This document shows positions 24,996-36,458 of a stretch of DNA of 64,000 nucleotides, piece by piece. The stretch is from positions 21,033,573 to 21,097,572 of the forward strand of contig JAHRHZ010000063.1 in the NCBI GenBank assembly GCA_024137785.1. Reading direction: 5' to 3'. The stretch comes from Ginglymostoma cirratum (taxonomy: Eukaryota). The position numbers and the translations under genes were made by a program. Positions within the stretch are counted from its first letter, which is position 1. Every line of letters starts with the position of its first letter. The notes under the pieces were generated by a model. The model searched no databases. It worked only from the letters and a program-made list of their open reading frames with translations, and had not been told where the DNA came from.

Positions 24996-26792
24996 TATAT
25001 TTAGGAACTTGGGCTAGATTTGCATATAATGTTCCATTAAAGTCACCATAAAATGTAAGGCTTATACTTAAAAGCATGTTTACTCTTAATAACTGGAAAT
25101 TGAACATTAACTGTTAAGTCTCATTCGTGCTTTGTCATCCTTTGGTTAAATTTGTCTAAAAATATCAAATGTAAGGTTTTACTTTCCTTTCTTATTTTAA
25201 CTTTCCAATCTTTTTCACTCTCTCTCTTAATTTAATCAATTTCCTTTTTCTTTCTTTTGACTAGATTTGATTCTAATTTGTATCTCTATTTGCCCGAGGA
25301 CAATTGCTGTGAGTTTGAAGTCACATGTAAGCCAGACCAGGTAAGAACAATAGATTTCCTTCCCTACAGGACATTAGTGAACCAGATGGGTTCATTGACA
25401 ACAGTCAATGGACTTTATGGTTGCCATTATTCCATCTACTTATTGAATTCAAATTTCACCATCTGGCATGGTTTAAGTCCAGAATATTAGCGTGGGCTTG
25501 TGGATTATAGAAGTCCAGTGACATTACCACTTTGCTACCGTGACTCCATGAGATTTGGTTATAATGATCTCAGTAACACTAAAATGGCTTCAGTGACACT
25601 CTAGAGTGCTCTAGGAATAGCACTGCACTCCAAATAGGCAATAAAGGACCATTATCAGCATAAATTGAAATATTCGTCAGTTGACTCAAAAGTCAAAATA
25701 ATTCAGTTTTCTTTTACTTATACGTACAGTACATACTATTAAAATATATTTATAATTATCCCTCAATCAACATTGTTACAGTAGATTATCTGGTTTTGCC
25801 ATTTGTGGGACCTTACTAGGCCCAAATTTACTGTCATGTTTCTTCCATGACAACAGGATCTATACTATAAAAAGTGGAACTCTAAGGTAATGAAAGACAC
25901 CACATAAAGGGTTTAGGCCCGAAACGTCAAGTTTTCCTGCTCCTATGATGCTGCTTGACCTGCTGTGTTCATCCAGCGCCATGCTTGTTATCTCACATAA
26001 ATGCCAGTTGTTTCTTTTGGCATTTCTATTCATGTCAGCTACTGGATGTGACATCATGTTGAATACACAACCCATAAGACACAGACTACTGTCCATTGAA
26101 AATCCCTAAAAATGTATTCCCTAAAAAATATTTTCAATGTGTTCAGAGATGAACATGGGGTTCTTGCTTGTGTTTCATGAAGACACAGCGATCAAAATTA
26201 GTAAATCGGTTGGTTTGATTTCAGTTATAGAGGGAAAGTGTAACTCTAAGTCATTTAATTGTTGTCTAAATCTTTATGATACTGCTGCAAGTTACAGAAT
26301 GATACAACATAGATGGAAGTCTTTCGGCTAATGTGCCTGTGGCAGCCCTTTGAAAAAGATGTGGAGTTATTTCTACACACTGTTTTTCCTTCAGAGCCCT
26401 GCAATGACTTCCTTTCAAAGAGGTATATTCAATTCCCTGGTGAAATCTATTGAATTTGCTTCAATCCCTCTTCCATGCAATATATTCTGATCACAACAAG
26501 CAGTTAAAAAAAATTCTAATTTCCCCCAGTTTGTTTTGCCCAATGTCAGCTGCTGAAATTGTTGTCTCTCAGATTTGATAATGAAATGTCAAAGCACACA
26601 AAGTTTGAATTTTTTCAATATGGGGGCTGCCATCCCTCCCATTACTGCAGAGGGCACTGCTGCTACATCGGCAAAATGACATCCTCAAGGACTTACCATT
26701 GTGTTTCAGTTTGATTACAAGTGATTCTACCGAAATCATCAGAGCCTAATGATTGGGTCACAGTTAGTGATTCAAAAGGCATCATTCCTTAC

Positions 26793-26853
26793 CAATGTAC
26801 TCATCCTCATCAACAAAGCCATCTTCATTCTTATCAATATCTTCAAGAGTTTC
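26793..26853 (-). CDS. RCN1: Reticulocalbin-1, coding exon 4 (61 nt), EF-hand 4; absent from the ORF track
   Basis: Read manually: TTACTAG|GAAACTCTTGAAGATATTGATAAGAATGAAGATGGCTTTGTTGATGAGGATGAGTACATTG|GTAAGG encodes ETLEDIDKNEDGFVDEDEYI. Phases are compatible with the neighbouring exons. Confidence 0.96.
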
Positions 26854-28129
26854 CTAGTAATAAGAGCACTTTGTAAGTACAGTTACCGATGATACGTAGA
26901 AAAAACTTGCATTCATAAGAAGACACAAATTAGGAGATGTGGGCCACTCAGCGCCTCAAGCCTGCTCTGCCACCCAATAAAATCGTGGCTTATCTGATTA
27001 CTCCATATTCCTGCCTACCCTCTATAACCTTTCATCCCCTTGCTGATCAAGAGTCGACTTAACTCTGCCTAAAAAATATTCAGACACTGTTTTCACTGCC
27101 TTTTGAGGAACAGATTTCCAAAGACTCATGATCCTCAGAAAGGAAAGTCTCCGTATATCTGGCTTAAAAAAGGTCAACCCTTGATTTTGAAAGTGACACC
27201 AAATTATAGTTTTTCCTATAAGACGAAACGTTGTTTCCCACAGCACTCTGTTATACGTTGGACATTTCACAACGTCAGGTCATTCCAAAGCACTTTAATT
27301 TCAGTGGCCTTGCTCCCCCCTTACTTTTGTAGCCCTTGATTGTTGTCTTCAGCTATCTAGGCACAAAACACTGGCATTTCCTCCCAAAATCTCTTTGCAT
27401 CTGTATGTCACTACCTTACCTGAAGGGCTATTTCTTAATAGCTACCTGTTTGACTAATCGGCTTTCTAATGTCTTCTTATATAGTTCAGTGTCAAATTTT
27501 GATAACCCACTACCAAAATGCACCTACAAATGTTTTGCTACATTAATGGTAATATATAAATGTGAGCTGTTATTGCTGTTTCCAAACATCACATACAGTT
27601 GACTTGTCATCACATTGTAATGTAGGTAATGCAGCTGCCATATTGTGCACAGCAGATTCCTCTAAGGTCACTGTAATGATGGTCAGATCATTGTCTAATG
27701 CTACATAACTGGAATATTCCGAAAAAAGACACATTTTATCAAAGCTTTTCCTCACGCACTCATCAGGACAATTTGTAAATAATACCAATTCAAGGAGAAA
27801 ACTAATTGTTTAGCAAGTGGATTCTGATCAGTGGAGGCATTGTCATGGAGAAGACACCCCATAATACTTATTCACAATTACAATATCTCAACCTAAAACT
27901 GAACAGGGCAGTTGTAGGGAGAGTTACAATGACCAGAAGGAATAAACAGGCTTAAAATTACGAAAGGTATTGATGTAACACTGAGATTTTCTACTTTTAG
28001 GGAGATGTAAAGCAGTGATCACAAAAAAAAAATCACTAACCAATCCAATAAAGAACTTCAGAGAAAATTCCTGTGGTTAGAGGCTTTTTAATGGAGATGA
28101 CAGGGGCCTTGATCATTAGCTAGAAAGCC

Positions 28130-28530
28130 TCTGCTACCCACACAGTGCATTCCAGATTTCCACCCCCCTCTGGGTGAAAACATTGTTCCTCAAATCCCCT
28201 CTAAACCTTCTGCCTTTCACCTTAAATTTATGTCCCCTTATTATAGACCCTTTAACCAAGGGGAACAGCTGATTCCTACCCACCCTGTGCATGCCCCTGA
28301 TAATCTGATACATCCCAATGAGGATCCACCTTCCCACCCCATCATCAACCTTGTCTGCTCTAAACAAAACAAAACCCAAGCCTATCCAGCTTCTCTTCAT
28401 AGCTAAAGTGCTCTATCCCAGGCAACATTCTGGTGAATATCTTCTGCATGCCCTTCAGTGCAATCACATCATTCCTATAGTGAGGAGACCAGAACTGAAC
28501 ACAACATTCCAGCTATGGCCTAACCAATAT
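28130..28530 (-). mobile_element. CR1 3' fragment
   Basis: RGHKFKVKGRRFRGDLRNNVFTQR. Confidence 0.85.
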
Positions 28531-29627
28531 CTGTGACTTAATGAATCATGGACCACCTTCTACACCTTGCATTGCCATATCTCACTACATGCTTTCGTTT
28601 ATACCAACAACAAATACACATTAGCTAAACTAAATGCACAATTGTTCTCATTTATCCTTTGGCTTTAAGAATTATTAGCTATAATTTTAAAAATTACCTT
28701 TTATTTACCATACAGGCAATTGCAAAGCAAGGAAGTACCATTGTCTTCCCATTGTTAAGTAGCAAGAATGTCTTCAGCAATACGACCTAATTGCTCCTAT
28801 CAGTCAGCATGGAATAATCAATGCACAGATTTTAAATATTACATAAAGTGTAGTAGATGGGAAATGATCCATCAGCTGTTGCAGTAGAAGACCTTTCTAC
28901 TGACCTGGGATCATGTGAAAGAAAAAAAGTAGTTTATATACATTTATTATCAAATAAATTCTGAGCAAAACATTTATTGCACAACTAGTTAAAGGTTCCA
29001 TCTGGTGATCAACATTGGATAAGATGGGATACATACAGTCACCTAGTCAAGGTCAATGGCATAAGAATAGCTTTTAGGTAAAAGGAGGGCTGCCAATGAG
29101 GTTTGTGTGAGAAGAATTGGAGGCAAATGAAGTCTACTACCACCAAATGCAAGGTGCCTGATTTATAAGCAGACTCAGTAGCATGACAAGTTCTTGTGTA
29201 AGGTTCCTGTTTGTTTAGTTTGGACTTTGTTACTGTACTTTCAGTGATTCTTTTAGTTTTATAGGAGCACATGTTTGCTTCTTTTGAGAATGGTATCATT
29301 AACAAGGTATACGTGGTGCTTAGTTCTTGTCAAGTGACACAGGGGCAACTTAGCGCCACCCTGAATGCCTCAAATTGAAACAGTTCCACCAACAGTAGCC
29401 CTCATGGTACAATCAGCACTTTTTTTTTGTTTTTGTGGGGTAGGGACGGAAAGTTTTGGAAGTTGGTAAGGAGGATCAGAAGGAAATAAATTCTGAACAA
29501 GAATTAATGCTGAAGTCTGAATTCATCGTTAGCACTTTCTAAATGAGATGGGGCCATAGCCAAATTAAGCAACTAAATCTGAGCATTGTTTTAAAATTCT
29601 TAATAAGTAAAAGATTTATGTTGACGT

Positions 29628-30912
29628 CAACACAGTGTGGAGCTGGAGGAACACAGCAGGTCAGGCAGCATCAGCAGCAGGAAGGTCGACATTTTGGGTT
29701 GGGACCCTTCATCAGGACTGGGGAGGGGGAAGGGAGCTCAGAAATAAATAGAGGGAGTGGGAGTGGGGCTGGGAAAAGCCAGGTGGGATGGTGACAGATG
29801 GATACAGGTAAGGGGTTGTGGAGATTGGTCAATGGGAAGGGTGGGGCAGATAGGTGAGAAGGAAGATGGACAGGTTGTGTCAGGACAAGGAGGTGGGGAT
29901 GAGAGGGGGCTGGACATGGGATGATGCCGGGGGTGGGGAAATTTTGAAGCTAGTGATATCTATGTTGAGGGCTGTAAGCTCCTGAGGCAAAATATAAGGT
30001 ATTGTTCCTCCAATTTTCATGTGGCTTCATTGTGACATTGGAGGAGGCCCAGGATGGACATGTTGTCAAGGGAGTGGGAGAGGGAGTTAAAATGGCTGGC
30101 AACCGGAAGGTGGTGTTGATTGGAGCGTACAGAGTGCAAATACTCCATGTATCTATCACCGAGTCTGTGCTTGGTCTCTCCAATGTAGAGGAGACCACAT
30201 CGGGAACAACGGATGCAGTAGACCAGGTTAGAAGACATACAGGTGAATCTCTGTCAGATTCGGAATGATTGTGTGGAGCCTTGAACGGAGGTGAGACAGG
30301 AGACATAGGGGCAGGTGTAGCACTTCCTGCAGTTGCAGGGAAAGGTGCCAGGTGTGGTGGGGTTGGTGGGGAGCGTGGAGCAGATGAGGAAGTCGTCGAG
30401 AGCACAGGTCCTACGGAAAGTAGATAAGAGTGGGCAGGGAAATATCTCTTTGGTGATGGGGTCTGATTGCAGGTGGCAAAAGTGGCAGAGGATGATGCAT
30501 TGCATTCAAAGGTTGGTGGTGTGGTATATGAGGACCAGGGGTCTCTATTCTTGTTGTAGTTAGGGGGAGGAAATGCAGGACATGCGATTGAGGACATTAT
30601 GAATCACAGGAGAGGGGAAGTTAAGGTCCTTGAAGTAGGAAGACATCTGGGATGTCCGGGAATGGAGCGCGTCATTCCGTGAGCAGATGTGGTGGAGGTG
30701 GAGGAATTGGAAGTATGGGATCACATTTTTGCAACAGGGTGGGTGAGAGGAGGTGTAATCAAGGTAGCAATGGGAGTCAGTGGGTTTGAAATAGATGTCG
30801 ACGCTCAGTCAGTTGCCAGAGATGGAGACAGAGAGGTCCAGGAAGGGGAGGGAGGTGTCTGAGATGGTCCAGGTGAATTTGAGGTCGGGGTAAAAAGTGT
30901 TGAAGAAGTTGA
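29628..30912 (-). mobile_element. Penelope-like element (second family) with GIY-YIG endonuclease remnant and hammerhead-bearing 3' end
   Basis: SSNLVYCIRCSRCGLLYIGETKHRLGDR...HLPVASHFNS (30017-30238) with an upstream CNCRKCYTC cysteine motif. The 3' end gatgctgcctgacctgctgtgttcctccagctcca is shared with the short dispersed repeats. Confidence 0.9.
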
Positions 30913-31112
30913 TATTCTGCACTCCAAAGGTGACGGAAAATGAGATATTGAAAATGTCTTTGCTGGTTATTTATTAAAAGAGAGAATTTGCCAATTTCAT
31001 CTTTACCTTCAAAGATCTGATACAGTCACAATGGTCAAGTGACCTTCTTCTTTGCTGTAATTGTCCAATTCTATATACACATTCAAGAGCGCTAAGGAAA
31101 ATTCTTACTTAC

Positions 31113-31291
31113 ATATATAACAATTTCTTTCATGTGCTCAAACTCTTCTGGGTGAAGAAAGGCTGTAAACTCCTCTCTGGTGGCCACCATGTCTCCATCT
31201 AGATCTGCAGCTTTAAATCTCCGCTCATCTCGAGGAAGCATCTTCTTGAAACTCAGCTGATCTGCTGCATCTTGAAACTCTTCAGGATTGT
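31113..31291 (-). CDS. RCN1: Reticulocalbin-1, coding exon 3 (179 nt), EF-hand 3
   Basis: CATAG| acceptor; [60 protein letters not shown]; donor |GTAAGT. Confidence 0.97.
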
Positions 31292-31542
31292 CTATGATCC
31301 ATAAAAGACCAGGTTCTAAGTTAGTGAGTTGCTGCAATCTAGACCAACTGCACTTGACACACCCGACAATTTAACAGCAATCGAGCTTCCAATAAAACTG
31401 AAAGTACATTGATAATTCAAATGCCATTACACTGGAACTCAGTGCTATACAAAGTAGATGTAGAACCATCTCTTAACCATCCTTTAATTAAGTTCAGCCA
31501 TCCCTTAATTAAGTTCAACCCTTAGTTTTATACAAATAGTCA

Positions 31543-32167
31543 GTGTTCTCAGGAAGGGTCACTGAACCCGAAACGTTAACTTTGATTTCTCTCCACAGAT
31601 GCTGCCAGACATGCTGAGCTTTTCCAGCAATGTTTTTGTTAGATCTGATTGGTTGGTTGTGGGACCACTTAGCTTTGTCTATCACTTGGAGATAGCAAGA
31701 ACTGCAGATGTTGGAGTCAGAGTCAATACAGTGTGGAGCTGGAGGAACATGGCAGGTCAGACAGCATTAGAGAAGCAGGAGAGTTGACGTTTCAGGTCGG
31801 GATCCTTCATCCTGACCTGAAGGGTCCCGACCGAAATGTAGACTTTCCTGCTCCTCTGATGCTGCCTGACCTGCTGTCTTCCTCCAGCTCCATACTGTAT
31901 TGACTCTGTCTACCACTTGCTGCCATACAGCATAAGCAATCAAGTAGTCCTGTTTCATAGCTTCATCAAGTTGACACATCATTTTTAGATATAACACAGT
32001 GTGGGGTTGGAGGAACACAGCAGGCCATTTCTGAAGAAGTGTCCCGACCCAAAACATCAGCTTTCCTGCTCCTCTTATGCTGCCTGGCCTGCTGCGTTCC
32101 TCCAGCTCCAGACTGTGCTATCTCTGACTCCAGCATCAGCAGTTCATACTGTCTCATTTTTAGATAT
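31543..32167. mobile_element. Cluster of three Penelope terminal mini-insertions (31543-31640; palindromic 31690-31905; palindromic 31993-32153)
   Basis: Degenerate hammerhead motifs. TSDs are tgtcta(t/c)cacttg (about 31676 / about 31906) and a perfect tcatttttagatat (31979-31992 / 32154-32167). Confidence 0.8.
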
Positions 32168-33260
32168 GCCTGCTGCTGCTTCAGACATACCCTCGTGCAT
32201 TCTCCATTGAACCATTATTGATATCTGGTTTGATGTTAATTGTCGAATGGGGGATATGCTAGGCCACGAGGTTGCAGACTGTGGAGTACAATTGATGGCC
32301 CACAGTGCCTCATGGATTCCCCATTCTGAGTTGCTAAATCTGTTTGAAGTCTGTTCCATTTAGTGCGGTGATAGTGGCACACAACACTGTGGAGGATATT
32401 CTCAATATGAAGGTGAGACTATGCCTCCACAAGGACTCTGCATTGGTCATCCTTACCAATACTGTCATGGATCTGCAACTGGAAGACTGGTAAGGATGAG
32501 ACTAAGTATAATTTTCCCTCTTGTTAGTTTTCTTACCAACTGCTGCAGAACCATTCTGGTAGCTATGGCCTTTCGGACCCGACCATCTTGATCAGTAGTG
32601 CAGCTGCTGAGCCACTGAAATCCCCTACCCAGAGCACATATTGCACCCTTGACACCCTTAGTGCTTGTCTCATATGTCGTTCAGCATGGAGGAGTACTGA
32701 TTCATCAGCTGAAGGAGGACACTACGTGGCAATTTCCTTGCCCGTGTTTATCGTGAAGCAATGAGACTTCATGGGGTCTGGAGTCAATGTTGAGGACTCC
32801 TAGGGGAACTCTCTGGGTGATATCCAGGCTGCTCATGGTGGTGTCTGCTACATTGTCTGTAGAGTACGATTACATGAGAATGGTTATATCAGACTGTTGC
32901 TTGACTAGTCCGTGAGACAGCTCTCCTAATTTTGGCACTAGCCTCCAGATGTTAGTAAGGAGGACTTTGCAGAGTCAACAGGGATGCTTCTGCCATCTTT
33001 TCAGTGGCTAGGTCAATGTCAGGTTGTCCGTCCACTTTCATTTCTTTGTTGAGACTTTGTAGCAATTGATACAACTAAGTGGGCATTGCAGAGGGCAGCT
33101 GAGAGTCAACCACACTACTGTGGTTCTGGAGTCACATGTATGCCAGACCAGGTGAGGATGGCAGATTTCCTTCCCTAAAGGATATTAGTGAACTAGATGA
33201 GTTTTTGTCTGACAATTGATAATGGTTTCATAGTCATCAGAAGATTCTTACTTCCAGATT
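32165..33260 (-). mobile_element. Non-LTR retrotransposon 5' region (APE-endonuclease remnant) whose 5' end matches a dispersed SINE-like repeat
   Basis: The reverse strand encodes a PPSADESVLL-type endonuclease remnant. The block gatggcagatttccttccctaaagga(c/t)attagtgaac recurs at about 25350, 43150 and (inverted) 48830. Confidence 0.6.
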
Positions 33261-35134
33261 TATTTTTTCCAAAGTATGTATTTTCTAACAGCACTATTTC
33301 ACAACCTTTAGGCATTTTGGCTCAAGGCATATTCTCAAAGATCCATCCTTCATTATGATGTATGTTATTTAACTACATCGGTATGTATGCTCCTATACTC
33401 TCTTATCATGGTTCTATCTTGCTCAGTCTTGTCCAGCTCAATTTTCAATTTGGCTCTCGGGTGGATACTGCACTTGTGTGGATCACTGGGCAGGCTTGTG
33501 TCCTCCATCAATTGCAGGAGTGTAAAACCTTCCTTGAAACTGCCAATTTTCTCAAGACAGTCTGGATATTTCAATGTTAAGCCATGAATTGAACTGATGG
33601 AAAAAGGTTTTGAGCTTGATTAGTTGTCTAATTTCTGACAGGTTCCACGGATTGTGCCTAGTGTTAGGTCACAACATCTTGTTAAACCTATAATTGCTGT
33701 CTACTTCCCTCTACATTTTTTGCATTTCAGATTAATAAAATCACTTCATATTAAAGAAAACAATTTGCAGTTTTAGATTTTACAGAAGTTCAAAGGAAGT
33801 TCTCCAAAGGGAGAAATATTGAGGTTAATGGTGGCAGGGAGGAGTGCGGTCTAAAACATGAAGAAATGTACTAAGACCAGTCAGTATTCAGTTGCAGCAC
33901 TCCTTGTGAAACGCTTTAATCCATCAAATGACCTGAATTTGTGCATTTTCAATTTTTATTTTATATAAGCACAGGGGTTTGTAGTTGGTAATCTGCAAAA
34001 AATAAAGCAGAAAAAATTATCAATGTTGACATTCAGGGATAATGGATTTTTACTGCCCCTTATTAGTGAATAGAAATGCATGAATGGCATTATAGAATTT
34101 GAAAACAAGGCAGGAATGATTTGAAGTTATGTTCTTAGCATCAGAACAATTCCGTCTAGTAGGATTTCTCTAAAGAATGTCAGAAGTAGTGTTGGGTATC
34201 ACCATCTTAGTTTCAGGCTGACTGAAGCCACTGACAATTGACTTACTGTGACCTTAACCTCTTGACCAAGGAAGGGCAAGTCTTTTAGGCGTCAAAAGAT
34301 AAAATGGGGTTAACTGGCATTAATAACAGGCCAGTTGTTTGCAAATTGGACACAGCTTTCTGGTGACAGGTTTGATTCCTCCACACTAGAATTATTTAAG
34401 ATGTTCCATTTAATTTGTACTTATGATACCACTTGTTCAAAACTAAATGGAGATCAACTATTATCTCAGTGACTGTGAATTATGGAGATAGAATTAAAAT
34501 AAGGAAGCATTGCTTGGGTTATTTAAGCAGTATCAGGTTAATATTAATTCAACTTGAAACCTTATGTCCAGGGACTGTTTATATCCTTAAATTGACCAAC
34601 ATTTAAAGGACACAGAAAATCCAAAAGACAACTTAAAATAAAAACAACAAAATACAAGCATGATAGGCAGTAAAGAACATAAATGGCCAGTCAGCCCACT
34701 GAATTATCTATACTCATCCAATTAACTTAGCTGAGCCTACAGCTGTATTTGGGACTTGTTTAAAAAGTTTTCTTTTAATCACTATTCTGTGCTTAATTCT
34801 ATTTTGAGGCAATATTCCAGCTGAATCATCTTTTAAAAATCATGCTAAGGACATGGGCATCGCTGGCAAGGACTTATTGCCCAATTCGTAATTGCTCTGT
34901 GATGATGGTGATCGGCCATCTTCGTGAACCACTGAAGTTTTCCTGCTGAAGATGCTTTAGATAGGGGGTGCAGCGATTTTGATTCAGTGACAATGAAGGA
35001 ATGGAGATATATGAACATGTCAGGATGGTGTGTGACTCATCATAAGAGAAGTTGGAACTGTGTCTCCATGCTGCCCTTAAGGGTTTGTTCAGACAATAGA
35101 GGTCAAATGTTGCTGTACATCTTGTAGGTGATAC

Positions 35135-36458
35135 TGTTATGACCAGACCCACAGTGAGGTTCCACACGTTGTTCCATTTCCAGGCAGAATACCCTAATTC
35201 ACTCATCTGCTCAGTTGTTCGTAACCAGGTTATTTTAAAATGGATCCCTTCCCATGTGGATATTTTACTCTGAAACTCAAATGAAATTATGTTTTTAAAA
35301 GAGCTAATTTAGCCAGGTTTTCTAAAAGTAATAAAGAACGAGTTTGTTAATTACTAATTGGGAGTAGAATTAGTAACACATATTATATGCACAGATTAGA
35401 GGTAAAAGGTAAAACCAAAGGATAAAAGTTAAATAAAATTTATAGATCAGTCTTTGAATTGTTTATGAAGAGTGGCTAATTGAGCTTTGTGACTGTTGCA
35501 GTGACGTTACCGGTTGCATTGTTCAACTACCTCCATCAGTCTGTTCACTGACCCTCAACATCATGGATACCATTACCCATTCTCCAGAGGCTGTTTCCCT
35601 TGATAACTATATCCAAACTGTACATAATTCTTTACTTAGTATGGTCAGCTCATTGAAATCCAGTCAGACAAAGGCTCAAATTTCATGTCCAAAATACTCC
35701 AGGAAGTCATAGGTAACCTGGGCATGACCCAATGGAACTCTTGAGCAAATTGCCCACAGTCACAAGGTGTATTACAATGGGATCACCAGACCCAAAAAGC
35801 AATGATCAGGACATCCTCCTGTGGGTACCCCCAAGACAAGGAAAAAAGGACTAGATTTTCCTCTGTTAATCAGCAGGGCCTCACCCGGTGAGTCCACCAA
35901 TTTTACTCCATTTGAATTAGTTTATGGGCACCAGGTGTTGGCCTCAAATGAGTCATGAAGAGGATCTAGAGAAAAAGGGGGAAGTCTCCATGTTAGATTA
36001 CACAGCAGACTTCTGAGAGTGACTCTCAAGAACCTGCGAAGTGGCCTGAGAACACGGGAACATCTCCCAAACAGTGTTGAAACAAAATGTAGACAAACAT
36101 GCCAGGGCCCAAACCTTTCAACCAGGAGACTCCTACCAGAAACAGGTGAACCTTTAAAGGGCCAGTTCAGTGCTCAAATAGAGTAATAGAGGCCCTACTA
36201 TCTGGTTAATTCTTCTCCTGTTAGTAATAAATAAATTCATGCTTTTTACTAATTCATGAAAATGTGCTCATTTTAAAACATAAGTGCATTTGGGGCTGGG
36301 AGAAAGGTATTCACAAGGGAAAGGATCTAACTAACGGGGTGGGTGACTAAAGAAGTGGAGCCAGTTTATCCCTTCTCACCTGGGAGTTTAATAGTTTGGA
36401 GTAACTTGTCTGGAACCGTACTGCTTTGAAGTACCTCACTCAGGGCCTGGCCATAAGA
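35135..36458 (+). mobile_element. Deleted element with Gypsy-type integrase remnant and inverted termini
   Basis: Integrase remnants IEIQSDKGSNFMSKILQEV, PQSQG, FTPFELVYGHQV, QTFQPGD. Diverged inverted repeats at 35135-35372 and 36206-36458. Flanks are atac / gtac. Confidence 0.75.

Noticed and set aside
29720-29940. G-rich purine tract with G-quadruplex potential
   Set aside because: It is part of the Penelope-like element's 3' region, not a locus-specific feature.
29950-30597. 215-aa Ser/Pro/Thr-rich ORF
   Set aside because: It is an off-frame reading of the Penelope-like element.
31478-31520. Short tandem duplications (21-mer here, 13-mer at about 59493-59522, about 22-mer at 50876-50916)
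   Set aside because: Two-copy slippage duplications with no spacer array; not CRISPR or otherwise informative.
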